Positions 46,275 to 54,790 are shown, counted from the stretch's first letter. The stretch: 64,000 bases of DNA from a virus (IMGVR_UViG_3300036845_000196:1848-65847); one strand, 5' to 3'. The notes: a model not told the origin generated them from the sequence alone. Numbers and translations: made by a program.

Positions 46275-46630
46275 TTTGGTTAGCTTGGCTACCTTGGCCC
46301 TCACATTGCCGCTAGGATTTTACGGCCATAGAGGCTGGAAGCGGCGGCAAAGGCATCCAATGTGTCGGCGAATAATAGTGTTCATACGAACCACCTTCGC
46401 CAATGAACACACCATCAAACACAATTTCAAATTGTCCTGAACTGTTAGCCCAACCATCGTAGCGAATAAATCTAATGCCGTAGTTCGGATCAAAACCCAA
46501 AAGCCGCTCTTTCTGCGTTTGATCCTTTGGTGCCGTGTCAATTGGTTGCCACTGATTCATTTTCTCCACCCTCTATGGCCGTAAGAATCTCACAGAATGA
46601 TCGCGCGCCAAGTTAGCCAAGCTAACCAAA
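46275..46630. mobile_element. Family-A cassette 3 (arms 46275-46333 and 46571-46630)
   Basis: Arms nearly identical to cassette 1 but cargo unrelated; lies between terS and terL. Confidence 0.72.
46312..46560 (-). CDS. cassette cargo, DUF551-like protein
   Basis: WQPIDTAPKD...PTHWMPLPPLP; ends SMAVKS* in the left arm. Confidence 0.7.
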   Translation of the reverse strand: MNQWQPIDTAPKDQTQKERLLGFDPNYGIRFIRYDGWANSSGQFEIVFDGVFIGEGGSYEHYYSPTHWMPLPPLPASMAVKS

Positions 46631-46634
46631 TCTT

Positions 46635-47327
46635 CTAAGACTGCGAATCCCCAAACCGATACGACAAATCGATCTCGATCCCCAACTCCCGCGCCTGGTT
46701 GGCAAGCTGCGAGATAATCTCCTTGTCGCTCAACCGCTCGAATCCCGCTTCACCATCCCGCGTCGGCGCCCCGATTCCCAATAGCGCCCGCAATTCCTTC
46801 GACGCCGCCAGCGCCGAATACGTCCGCATGGTCAGCCGGCCCTTTTCATCGAACGTGATCGCCTCGATGCACTTGCGGATGTCGTCGGGAATATCGCTCA
46901 ACAGTCGCGGTCGCTGGACCTTCTTTTTCAAAGGCTGCCCGTCTTCACCCAAAATCGGCTTGCCGTTCTTGTCGGCCTTTTCCACCTCGATGGTCTCGTA
47001 CATCAACCCCGGATCGGCATCGTGAATGAGCCACAGCCGTTCCTCGATGCGCTTGCGCTTTTCCGCGAGCATTTCATCGTCGAGTTGCCGCAGGTAGCGG
47101 ATGCGCTTTTGCACCTCAGGAAGCGATTCCCATTTGGTGCCGGAACCATTCTCAGGGCGACCGCCGGCGCGACGCACGGCTTCGCGCTGCGAACAGCCCA
47201 AGGCGCGCTCGAAGGCGTACTTTTCGTGCAAATCGCTCCGCAGCGGCGTCGCCGGATCGTGAGGCAACGCTATGAGCGACCTACACTTTTCCGCTGTGGC
47301 CGATTCCGAATGATTCCCGTTCGCCAT
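46635..47327 (-). CDS. terS: terminase small subunit (putative)
   Basis: N-terminal HTH-like HEKYA..ALG.SQREAVRRAG, VQKRI; upstream of terL. Confidence 0.7.
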   Translation of the reverse strand: MANGNHSESATAEKCRSLIALPHDPATPLRSDLHEKYAFERALGCSQREAVRRAGGRPENGSGTKWESLPEVQKRIRYLRQLDDEMLAEKRKRIEERLWLIHDADPGLMYETIEVEKADKNGKPILGEDGQPLKKKVQRPRLLSDIPDDIRKCIEAITFDEKGRLTMRTYSALAASKELRALLGIGAPTRDGEAGFERLSDKEIISQLANQARELGIEIDLSYRFGDSQS

Positions 47328-47437
47328 AGTTTATCCACAACCGCAAAAGCCGCCGCTTCCTGTTCAAAGGAAACGACGGCTTCGCACAGGAGGGACAACA
47401 ACAGGAGCTACGCAAGCCCATTAAACAGATTCGCCGG

Positions 47438-47623
47438 TCAGTCGTCAAGTTCGCCCATCAGGCGCTCGCTAAGGCGCTTGTCGGCTTCGGTGGGCTGGAC
47501 GTTGTAATGCCCGCGCGGAGCCGACTGGCGGCGGATTACAGCCCGCTGCAGCACCTTCCAACGCCGATCGTCGTCCGCGTTGCGCTCGGCTTCGGTGTAG
47601 GGCTGGGCGGAGGCGAATTTCAT
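47438..47623 (-). CDS. hypothetical protein
   Basis: Coupled ATGA overlap. Confidence 0.45.
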   Translation of the reverse strand: MKFASAQPYTEAERNADDDRRWKVLQRAVIRRQSAPRGHYNVQPTEADKRLSERLMGELDD

Positions 47624-48306
47624 GCTCGCTTGATCAGTTGGGGGCCGAACGGTAGTGGCAGTCCCTTTTTATCGACTGTCGCGGTCGCCATCACCCGCTG
47701 ATCTAGCACTCGCACTGCCATAGCGCCGCGCAAGTTCTCATCTTGAACCGCCTTGAGCATATCGGCAAGCCGCTCCGGGTCGTCAAGTACACCATCCCAC
47801 CTGGCGATTTGCTTCTGCGCCTGCATGGCCCTCATTCCAGTCGCACTGGCCAACCAGCGGGCACCTTGATCGCCAAGCCAAAACGCAGCCGCTTGTCTCG
47901 GAGTCAGAGTAATAGAAGATTCTTTTACACTTACGTTATTACCACGGCTAAGGTCTTGATTCGAGGCGTGCGATTTCAATGACTTATCGCCGCGCAAATC
48001 CCGGAGTCGCGCTGTCCGAGTCATTCGCTGGTGCGCAAATTCAAGTTGTGCCGTGATGTGGGGGTGGAAGATATGGTCGCCGTCAAATCGGAGCTTTTCC
48101 GTAAGAACCAAGCGCACGCGCCTCCACTGACGCGCGTTCATTTTGGCGACTTTCGCCAGTTTAGAGGGGTCTTTGGTCAACCTGCCGCCGTGACGCCACA
48201 GCGCCCACTTGATTCGGGTGTAAGCGCCCAGAGCCTCGGGGGTCATTTCGTCGGCGTCGAGCAGAGCCTGATCCACATCCTCGGAACGAAAGCGGGGCTT
48301 TTTCAT
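47620..48306 (-). CDS. DUF1376/YdaU-like replication protein
   Basis: DADEMTPEALGAYTRIKWALWRHGGRL..D...LAKVAKM...W. Confidence 0.7.
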   Translation of the reverse strand: MKKPRFRSEDVDQALLDADEMTPEALGAYTRIKWALWRHGGRLTKDPSKLAKVAKMNARQWRRVRLVLTEKLRFDGDHIFHPHITAQLEFAHQRMTRTARLRDLRGDKSLKSHASNQDLSRGNNVSVKESSITLTPRQAAAFWLGDQGARWLASATGMRAMQAQKQIARWDGVLDDPERLADMLKAVQDENLRGAMAVRVLDQRVMATATVDKKGLPLPFGPQLIKRA

Positions 48307-48872
48307 GATACAAAACCCAGAGCGCTCATATACTCGCTGACCCACCCCGGCCTACTCGCGTTCCTATAATCAGAGTCGGTCGTCATCTTTGATTTATTGC
48401 AGCGATCACAAAGCGGTTGCAAATTGGCGACACAATCACACCCGCCCCGCGCCAACGGCACCACATGGTCTTTGGTCGTCTCGCGGGTCCCACAACGCGC
48501 ACACCCATCAAACAAAGACACCATGACATTCCATTCGAAAGGCGTGTGTGTACCCAATTCTTGGCCCTTCAATAAACGCTCATAGCGCCGCGCGCCGGGT
48601 GTCCCGTCGTCTTTGACTGTTACGTTGCCCAGCGACGAGCATGTTGCGCGGCCGTCGATTACCTCAAAGAAACGCTTGAGCGAATCGTAAATGCTGGGGA
48701 AGTGGTCGCCAGCACGCGAGTGACGCGCAAACTCATTGGCCGGAAGCCAACCGCCGTTCAGTGTCATAGCCCATTTGAGGCGGCAAAACGCACCCAGTTC
48801 CTCGTTGGTGAGGTCATCGCTATCGGCCATTGCTGATTCGACGTGTTCCGAGCGGTAGTGCAGTTTAGTCAT
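48303..48872 (-). CDS. DUF1376-like N-terminus fused to HNH endonuclease
   Basis: DSDDLTNEELGAFCRLKW; CARCG..TKDHVVPLARGG...NLQPLCDRCNKSK. Confidence 0.8.
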   Translation of the reverse strand: MTKLHYRSEHVESAMADSDDLTNEELGAFCRLKWAMTLNGGWLPANEFARHSRAGDHFPSIYDSLKRFFEVIDGRATCSSLGNVTVKDDGTPGARRYERLLKGQELGTHTPFEWNVMVSLFDGCARCGTRETTKDHVVPLARGGCDCVANLQPLCDRCNKSKMTTDSDYRNASRPGWVSEYMSALGFVS

Positions 48873-49321
48873 TACCTTCCCCCACCAACACCGACTGTTC
48901 TGACCTTCTGCCCGTCGTCGAACTGCCCCAGTTCATCCGCACACATTTGCGCCGCCGATCCGCAGCCTGACCACATCACTTCGGATGGAAACGCAGTTGG
49001 CCAGATAACGCTGGTATCCACAATGGCGCCGAGGGTGAATCTTTCTGTCCCAGCTTTCCGCGCGTCCAGCATGGCATGAGCGAACGCCAGATTCATTTCC
49101 CGGCAGTGATCATAGGTGAAATATCCGGGGATGGTGTTGTTGTTTGGTGGCTTTTGTGGCGGCGGATTGCAGACGATACAGATGCCGTTGGTGATCCAGC
49201 TCAACGTGTTCTCTTTGGCGCAGCGTGCACAGGTTAATTGCATGTGACTCCCCTCTCCCTTATAGTAAGATTTTAGATTTATTTCATTCGCGGTCCAGTG
49301 TTTGTTCGTCGGTGCGGTCAC
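48872..49321 (-). CDS. hypothetical Zn-finger protein
   Basis: CARC and CIVC; true start may lie downstream of the repeat arm. Confidence 0.5.
   Translation of the reverse strand: MTAPTNKHWTANEINLKSYYKGEGSHMQLTCARCAKENTLSWITNGICIVCNPPPQKPPNNNTIPGYFTYDHCREMNLAFAHAMLDARKAGTERFTLGAIVDTSVIWPTAFPSEVMWSGCGSAAQMCADELGQFDDGQKVRTVGVGGGR
49276..49321 (+). repeat. degenerate solo family-B arm
   Basis: TTTCATTCGCGG..GTGCGGTCAC. Confidence 0.6.
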
Positions 49322-49355
49322 AGCGGCTCAAGCGCAATGACTGCGCGCCTCCCAC

Positions 49356-50297
49356 TCAGCCTGATTCGTTGCCCCAAGCACTCCATCCGTCCCGCGCGGG
49401 GCCGCGGCGGTTGAGTTCTATTTTTGGGAGAGTTGGAAAATACTCGTCGATCATTTCCAGAAAACATTCAGGCTTTGCCGAGTGTATGCTTTTCGGAGCA
49501 AGCACCAACGACTCCCATTGCGTACCAGGAGCCGGACAAGGCGGCGCACCGCGCGTGCCTATCAACAAGAGTTCATGCTTACCGCGCTGCCAGCGGCCTA
49601 AACTGATTCGATCTTTGCCCCAGCAATAGTTCGACTTGTATTCAAAGCCCCATGCTCGCATCACGTCGATACCGATGGCTAGGTGTTGATTCGTTACCCA
49701 AAGCCAGAGCACGCAATCCTTTGCCGCGATCGAGGCCACATCTCGCCCTGCAATAATTTCTGCCGTACTGGTCGGGTAGTGATTCGCCGCGTGCCTATCC
49801 ATGCCGGTCTCGGTGCCCCACACTTCGTCGTTCCATTCAGGGTCGGCGACAATTACTCCGAATTTCTTTTCGGGGAGAGCGCGTTGCTTTTCGCCGAGGT
49901 CTTGTTCTCGCTGTTCACGGCGGAGAAGCTTGCGGCGTTGCGCCAGTTCGCGCGCTTCCATATCGGGATTGATTGTGCCGTCTTTGATTCGCTCCGCGAA
50001 TTCGTCATCGTCCAGCTTTGTCAATTCAACAAGGCTTGAAACATGCGGCGGCAAAAACGACAAATTGGACGTATTTGAAAGTTTAGGGTCTCGGGCGATG
50101 TCCATAAGCCTCTGCGCCGTTCTTAGGCCGAACGGCAAAAGATCATCAGCCATTCGCATCCATTCGCCGTGCGCCAGATTATTCTTGGCATCGATGCAAA
50201 GCCGACCAGTCTCGATAACCGCCTCAGCCGAACGCGACCATGAAGCGCGAATCAGTCGCGCCCATTTTTCCGTTTCGGGCTGGGCGACGGCGTTCAC
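49356..50297 (-). CDS. MT-A70 family DNA adenine methyltransferase with DUF3102-like N-terminus
   Basis: FGVIVADPEW, HYPT, LWLWVT, AWGFEYKS, HELLLIGTRG, HSAKPE, WGNE; LAHGEW..RTAQRLM. Confidence 0.85.
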   Translation of the reverse strand: MNAVAQPETEKWARLIRASWSRSAEAVIETGRLCIDAKNNLAHGEWMRMADDLLPFGLRTAQRLMDIARDPKLSNTSNLSFLPPHVSSLVELTKLDDDEFAERIKDGTINPDMEARELAQRRKLLRREQREQDLGEKQRALPEKKFGVIVADPEWNDEVWGTETGMDRHAANHYPTSTAEIIAGRDVASIAAKDCVLWLWVTNQHLAIGIDVMRAWGFEYKSNYCWGKDRISLGRWQRGKHELLLIGTRGAPPCPAPGTQWESLVLAPKSIHSAKPECFLEMIDEYFPTLPKIELNRRGPARDGWSAWGNESG

Positions 50298-50674
50298 GCG
50301 GCCTTCCTCCGCTTCACCATGCTCAAACTCGCGGGCTCTAAATCAAAAATCGGCTTCCCCGCTTTCTCGAAAACCTCGATTTCAATGGCGACTCCCTTGC
50401 TCGTTTCCCATGAGGGGAGGTGCGCCACGATGAGCGAATCGCAAACGTCCATCATCGCTTGGTCGAACGGCATCCATATCGCGTGATCATGGGGATCGAT
50501 GTCGCCATGGATGGCCACCGGGTGGGTATGGGCTATCGGGCTGTAAACCTTGATGCCGGCGCGTAGAAGCTGGGCGGTCAGCTTGGAGGCAGCGATGAAT
50601 GCCGCCTCGATCCCGTCAGGAAATTTCGAATACGGCGTCGCGAGATATGCCAGCCCCACTTTGAATCCCCCCAT
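50294..50674 (-). CDS. DUF1937 family protein
   Basis: YLATPYS, VYSPIAHTHP, W..SKGVAIEI. Confidence 0.75.
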   Translation of the reverse strand: MGGFKVGLAYLATPYSKFPDGIEAAFIAASKLTAQLLRAGIKVYSPIAHTHPVAIHGDIDPHDHAIWMPFDQAMMDVCDSLIVAHLPSWETSKGVAIEIEVFEKAGKPIFDLEPASLSMVKRRKAA

Positions 50675-50686
50675 TTTGCTTTCCCC

Positions 50687-50947
50687 TCACAAACCCGTGA
50701 ATGACCCTTCCCGAATCACAGCCGGTGCATGACCCAACACCTTGATTTCCTTACATTCCAACGGCCGCAGCGTCTCAATTGCCAGCGAAAGACTGGCCGC
50801 CCGCTCCAAGATTCGCTGCATCTGTGCCTCGCGCGCCCGGACGTGTCGTTTGTCGCCCTCATGGCGTATAGCCGCGCATTGGCAGGTTTCCAGCTTGCGC
50901 ATGGCGAGGCGTAATTGGTGGGTGAGGTCGGTGATGATCTTGTCCAT
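50687..50947 (-). CDS. hypothetical protein
   Basis: Starts just beyond a family-B-like arm. Confidence 0.5.
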   Translation of the reverse strand: MDKIITDLTHQLRLAMRKLETCQCAAIRHEGDKRHVRAREAQMQRILERAASLSLAIETLRPLECKEIKVLGHAPAVIREGSFTGL

Positions 50948-50955
50948 GAAACGTC

Positions 50956-51009
50956 AGGTTTTTTGGGGTCATTTGAGGGTCTTCGCACCCGAATCACCGG
51001 GAAGGTCAT
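50956..51009 (+). repeat. family-B variant arm (GGGAAGGTCA inner box)
   Basis: AGGTTTTTTGGGGTCATTTGAGG..GGGAAGGTCA; matches the inverted arm at 55786-55836. Confidence 0.6.
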
Positions 51010-51198
51010 CCGATCGCTGCGGGCCGCGCGGGAAGCTAAAGGATGTCAGCGCCTCGACGGTCGGATCGGTGTCCGGGCCGTGCCAGCCGCCGGCGTCGAA
51101 GCCGTGGTAGAAGCCTGACATGGGGACGGAAGCAAATATGGCCCGCGCGATGTAGCGGGCGACGACGAGGGCGCAGACGATGCCGATGAGCGAGTAAG

Positions 51199-51471
51199 TC
51201 ATTGTCGCGGTTCCCCCAGCAACGCGCGGTCGCGCTGGTTCGGCCGCACGGTGGGATGGGGAAAATATTTGGTTTTGGCGCCATTCCATATTCCAGGCTT
51301 GCCTTCCTCGGGGTGTAGAACAGCGTTACGCCGCGCCGCGCGATAAGTGCTGCGAGCGCGAGGCGGCTTCGTCCGGCGCTTTAGGGATGGCTGCGGTTCT
51401 CGGATACCGGCGCGCTTGCGCATCACTCGCGCGATAGCCTCATCGTCGAGGTGTCTTTCAAGTCGTCCCAT
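51199..51471 (-). CDS. basic hypothetical protein
   Basis: GGAGG RBS; RSTYRAARRN. Confidence 0.5.
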   Translation of the reverse strand: MGRLERHLDDEAIARVMRKRAGIREPQPSLKRRTKPPRARSTYRAARRNAVLHPEEGKPGIWNGAKTKYFPHPTVRPNQRDRALLGEPRQ

Positions 51472-51958
51472 GGGTTGCCTCCATTTTGGGTGATGTTTCA
51501 CGTGAAACATGGGCCCCCGCGCGCATTTGAGTGGCAGGCGTGTTCAAAAGTTTGAAATAACCAAAAGGACTTAGGCCGACAAACTGACATCCGCGCAGCA
51601 CCACGCCGATAAGCGCAACGTCGCCGCGCTCCAGATGCCTGATTGTACCAGGAAACACCCCAAGCGCCTTCGCAGCCTGCTTCTCATTATGGCCCATAAG
51701 GTAGCGCCGCAGTCTAAAGGCCAGCGAAAACACGCCAAAATCGAAATCCGACGGTTCCGGGATAGGGTGAAGCAGCTCCGGGGTCGGGTCAAACCGGATG
51801 GCCGCGCAGATGCGCAGGAAGGCCACAGCACCGACCGGACGCGCCGCTATGGCGTTGGCCATCTGGCGGGGCGTGACGCCGGCTACGCAGGCCCAGTGTG
51901 CTACGTCGCCGATGGGATCGAGGGCGTGGGCTAAGCTGTCGCGGGGGGAGAGGGTCAT
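51458..51958 (-). CDS. tandem HTH (XRE-like) protein
   Basis: QAAKALGVFPGTIRHLERG; second HTH-like segment N-terminally. Confidence 0.6.
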   Translation of the reverse strand: MTLSPRDSLAHALDPIGDVAHWACVAGVTPRQMANAIAARPVGAVAFLRICAAIRFDPTPELLHPIPEPSDFDFGVFSLAFRLRRYLMGHNEKQAAKALGVFPGTIRHLERGDVALIGVVLRGCQFVGLSPFGYFKLLNTPATQMRAGAHVSRETSPKMEATHGTT

Positions 51959-52284
51959 TCGGCAACCTCCGTTTCCGTGAGGCGTCCCGCGATATAATCA
52001 ACGTAATGGCGACCAAACCACTCGCCGGCGAGAACCCAGTGTTTATAGCCGGGGCCGAGGCGACGTATATCAAGGCCATAAAAATCTCGCAGCGCAGCAA
52101 TCCGGCCGCCGTCATCGCGAGACCCAGTCAACCTAGATGCCGCAAGGTCAACCGGAGAACCTTTTCGAGCGTAGAAAAAATCATACATTGAACGCAACTT
52201 GGTGCCCTGCCGCGGAATAGGGTGGCGGGCAGCGTTTCGACCCATTCTGTCTGCCTTGGCTTCGGCTGCGCTTTCGGTTTTCAT
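51955..52284 (-). CDS. hypothetical protein
   Basis: GGAGG RBS; coupled to the Cro-like gene. Confidence 0.55.
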   Translation of the reverse strand: MKTESAAEAKADRMGRNAARHPIPRQGTKLRSMYDFFYARKGSPVDLAASRLTGSRDDGGRIAALRDFYGLDIRRLGPGYKHWVLAGEWFGRHYVDYIAGRLTETEVAE

Positions 52285-52493
52285 TCCGCCGCCTCCCGCG
52301 CCGGATATACGTCCGGCCGCAAAAGGTGTCGCGAAACCCCCGTAATGCGCTCGACTTGGAGCACCCGCAGCGGGGGCACGCGGTCCCACTGCATGATCGC
52401 CTCGCCGCTGATCTTGAGCCTGCGCCCAAGCGCGGTAAAGCCGCCAGCGGCCTCGACGGCGCGTTTTAGAGCTTCTTTTGGGGTTTCTGCCAT
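52281..52493 (-). CDS. Cro/YdaS-like transcriptional regulator
   Basis: ALKRAVEAAGG..ALGRRLKIS..AI.QW..VP..RV..VE..TGVSRH.LRPDVY. Confidence 0.85.
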   Translation of the reverse strand: MAETPKEALKRAVEAAGGFTALGRRLKISGEAIMQWDRVPPLRVLQVERITGVSRHLLRPDVYPAREAAE

Positions 52494-52501
52494 ATTACAT
52501 C

Positions 52502-52613
52502 CTAAGCACAAGTTAGGACAGGCTACAAGTTCCTAAGCTATACTTAAACCGCAACCCTGCCATGCACTCCTAAAGCTAAGTTTTCCTTTGCTTTCCGGCT
52601 AAGGTTCGCTTAG
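52502..52613. promoter_or_regulatory. divergent control region with four CTAAG-N5-CTTAG-like operators
   Basis: 52502 CTAAGcacaaGTTAG; 52533 CTAAGctataCTTAA; 52576 CTAAGttttcCTTTG; 52599 CTAAGgttcgCTTAG. Confidence 0.7.
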
Positions 52614-52644
52614 TGTCTGATTATCGAATTCAGGGAGACAGCAG

Positions 52645-52803
52645 ATGACCAAGCAAGACAAAATTAATTCACTCTTGGCGTGGGCGCTTTGTGGGTGCCA
52701 GATTTCCGAGAGGAACCGTACTCTTTTGTACGCGCAGTTCTCAGCCATGGCGGAGGACGAAATCGACCGCAGACTTGCGATGCAGGCGCGCCGTCGCGCT
52801 TGA
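52645..52803 (+). CDS. 52-aa first early gene, hypothetical
   Basis: GGGAG RBS; MTKQDKINSLLAWALCG..; stop TGA is the inner end of a family-B arm. Confidence 0.55.
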   Translation: MTKQDKINSLLAWALCGCQISERNRTLLYAQFSAMAEDEIDRRLAMQARRRA

Positions 52804-52842
52804 CCGCACCGTAACCACCAACCCCTCGTGAACCAAAACCTT
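52800..52842 (-). repeat. family-B arm (short-spacer type)
   Basis: TTGACCGCACCGTAA..CCCTCGTGAACCAAAACCT. Confidence 0.85.
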
Positions 52843-52859
52843 CCCTTAGGAGCCTCACA

Positions 52860-53276
52860 ATGTCCACCACCTTCACCCCCCTGCGCGGCGAGTACGATGT
52901 GTTCGAGGCGCCGACGCAAGTTGTGCCATCCAATCCGATCGCCGTGGCGCAAGCCGATATGATCGCGGAGCTGGCGCGAATTGTTGCTCCGGTTATCTCG
53001 GTGTCGCCGTCGCCGGGGCAGTTCGAGGATGTGGCCGACTATGTCGAGCGCATGGTGCGGGTGATGGATCGGTGGTTGCTGGCGGTGGGTGAGGAAGCGC
53101 AGTCGAATTCGACAACGCAGATCGACATGGGAGATTTTAAGGATAAGTTTTTCGAGGCGGTTGATGGTTTTGCAACGCACGAACTGGATCGCATCGCGCA
53201 GGATTTGGCCGACGAACATCCCGATGGGCAACGCTACTGTCCGACGCGGCGTGGGTGGTACGCGGTGGGAAGGTAG
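52860..53276 (+). CDS. acidic hypothetical protein
   Basis: AGGAG RBS. Confidence 0.6.
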   Translation: MSTTFTPLRGEYDVFEAPTQVVPSNPIAVAQADMIAELARIVAPVISVSPSPGQFEDVADYVERMVRVMDRWLLAVGEEAQSNSTTQIDMGDFKDKFFEAVDGFATHELDRIAQDLADEHPDGQRYCPTRRGWYAVGR

Positions 53277-53280
53277 GAAG

Positions 53281-53625
53281 GGTTTTGGGTAGACTGGCTA
53301 CCTTGTCCCCCACACCACCGCTAGAATTTTACGGCCATAGAGACTGAAGCAAACAACACCATGACAATCCGCCGCGAAGGAAAACGTCCGCCGGTTATTT
53401 CATGTGACGGCTGCGGCGTCGTGGCAGACAAAACAAAGTTGGAGGGCTACGCCGTATTCAACTATGCCGCCCGATGGGACGAAGCCAAAGCGGCCGGATG
53501 GACCGCGGCGAGAAAACCGGAAGGCAAGGACTGGAATCATATCTGCCCGGACTGCTCATCACGAGCCCCTATGGCCGTAAAGCCCAAGCAGGACAATCGA
53601 GAGCCAAGGTAGCCAAGCTACCGAA
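53281..53625. mobile_element. Family-A cassette 4 (arms 53281-53342 and 53567-53625)
   Basis: GGTTTTGGGTAGACTGGCTACCTTG..TTTTACGGCCATAGAG and inverted CCTATGGCCGTAAAG..CCAAGGTAGCCAAGCTACC. Confidence 0.68.
53361..53612 (+). CDS. cassette cargo, Zn-ribbon protein
   Basis: ISCDGCG..AKAAGW..HICPDC; ends PMAVK..* within the right arm. Confidence 0.65.
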   Translation: MTIRREGKRPPVISCDGCGVVADKTKLEGYAVFNYAARWDEAKAAGWTAARKPEGKDWNHICPDCSSRAPMAVKPKQDNREPR

Positions 53626-53638
53626 TAAGGAGCGTAAC

Positions 53639-54517
53639 ATGCCAGCTACCCGACACGGTTCAATCGGCTCGATGGTCGATGAGATTGTGGACCGCACCAA
53701 CCATTCTCTGTTGGCGCAAGAACACGCCCGCCGCGTGGCCGACAAGTACATCCCGGCCGTGAACCGCGACGTGACGCGCAACGACAACGCGCCGCCAAGC
53801 GGCTTCGCCATCGCACAGGCCCAGGACACCACCACCGAGGTTTCAGCGTTCCTGAAAGAGACGCCCGCCGTGACCAGCCCCGCCGAGTGCAAGCAAGGCG
53901 ACGCCTGGATTGAGCGCGTGCGAATTAACCTGCAATCAATGGAAGATGAGCGGAAGCCTCGTGTTGAGCCGCTGAACGCCCAACTCGCTGCGATCAACGA
54001 GCCCTACCGCCTGGTGCGCCAGCCGTTGGAGAAAATCTTCAACGAACTAAAGCGCCGCGTGACCGTGTTCAAGAACAAGATCGAGGCCGAGCGCGAAGCC
54101 GAAGCCGCGCGGGTGCGGCACGCCGCCGAGGAAGCCGCCCGCATCGCCGCCGAAGCTGCTGCTGCCGCCGATGATGCCGTGGCCTGCGCGGACGTTGGCG
54201 AGTGCACCGACGCGGGCGCCGCGATCTTCGAGGCCCACCAGGCCGAGCGCGAAGCCGGCAAGCTCGACCGCATGGCGTCGCGCGCCGAGAATTCCGTGTC
54301 CTATCGCAACGCCTCAATCGCTGGCGGCAAGGCGATGTCGATGCGTACCGTGACGGTCATCAATATCGCCGATCCCGTCGCCGCCGTAAAGGCACTGTGC
54401 AGCAGCGGCGTGCCGGAGAAACTTGCGACCGCCATTCGCCAGTTGTCGGTCGCCTTTGAGGAAGCCTATGGCGTGCTGCCGGACGGCGTGACCAAAACCA
54501 CAGAACGGAGAATGTAG
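53639..54517 (+). CDS. coiled-coil recombination-module protein
   Basis: AAGGAG RBS; MEDERK....PL......IN..Y pattern. Confidence 0.6.
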   Translation: MPATRHGSIGSMVDEIVDRTNHSLLAQEHARRVADKYIPAVNRDVTRNDNAPPSGFAIAQAQDTTTEVSAFLKETPAVTSPAECKQGDAWIERVRINLQSMEDERKPRVEPLNAQLAAINEPYRLVRQPLEKIFNELKRRVTVFKNKIEAEREAEAARVRHAAEEAARIAAEAAAAADDAVACADVGECTDAGAAIFEAHQAEREAGKLDRMASRAENSVSYRNASIAGGKAMSMRTVTVINIADPVAAVKALCSSGVPEKLATAIRQLSVAFEEAYGVLPDGVTKTTERRM

Positions 54518-54790
54518 GGTATCACGAGAGAACGTTCGTGGGACTGGCACCGGACTCGGTCAACGGGATACAGGGGTTTAAGATGACGCACGAAGGCGAA
54601 AGACTGGACCGCAAAATCAAACGGCTCGAACGCGATCTTGAGAAACCGATCACACCGGAATGGCGCCGCGCCACCCAAGAGGCCATCAACCACCTCAAGG
54701 CACAAAAGCATTCTTGGGAGCGGCCACACTGAGATTGGGTGACCGCACTGAGATCGTGCACCACCAGATAGAGAATGAGACCAACTAAAC
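54515..54790. mobile_element. Family-B cassette (arms 54515-54563 and 54739-54790)
   Basis: TATCACGAGAG..CCGGACTCGGTCAAC and inverted GTGACCGCACTGAG..GAGAATGAGACCAA. Confidence 0.65.
54583..54732 (+). CDS. cassette cargo, 49-aa helical protein
   Basis: MTHEGERLDRKIKRLERDL.. Confidence 0.5.
   Translation: MTHEGERLDRKIKRLERDLEKPITPEWRRATQEAINHLKAQKHSWERPH

Noticed and set aside
50690-50712. CCCGTGAATGACCC as another family-B arm
   Set aside because: Only the outer box matches and the inner GGTCA box is missing; not counted.
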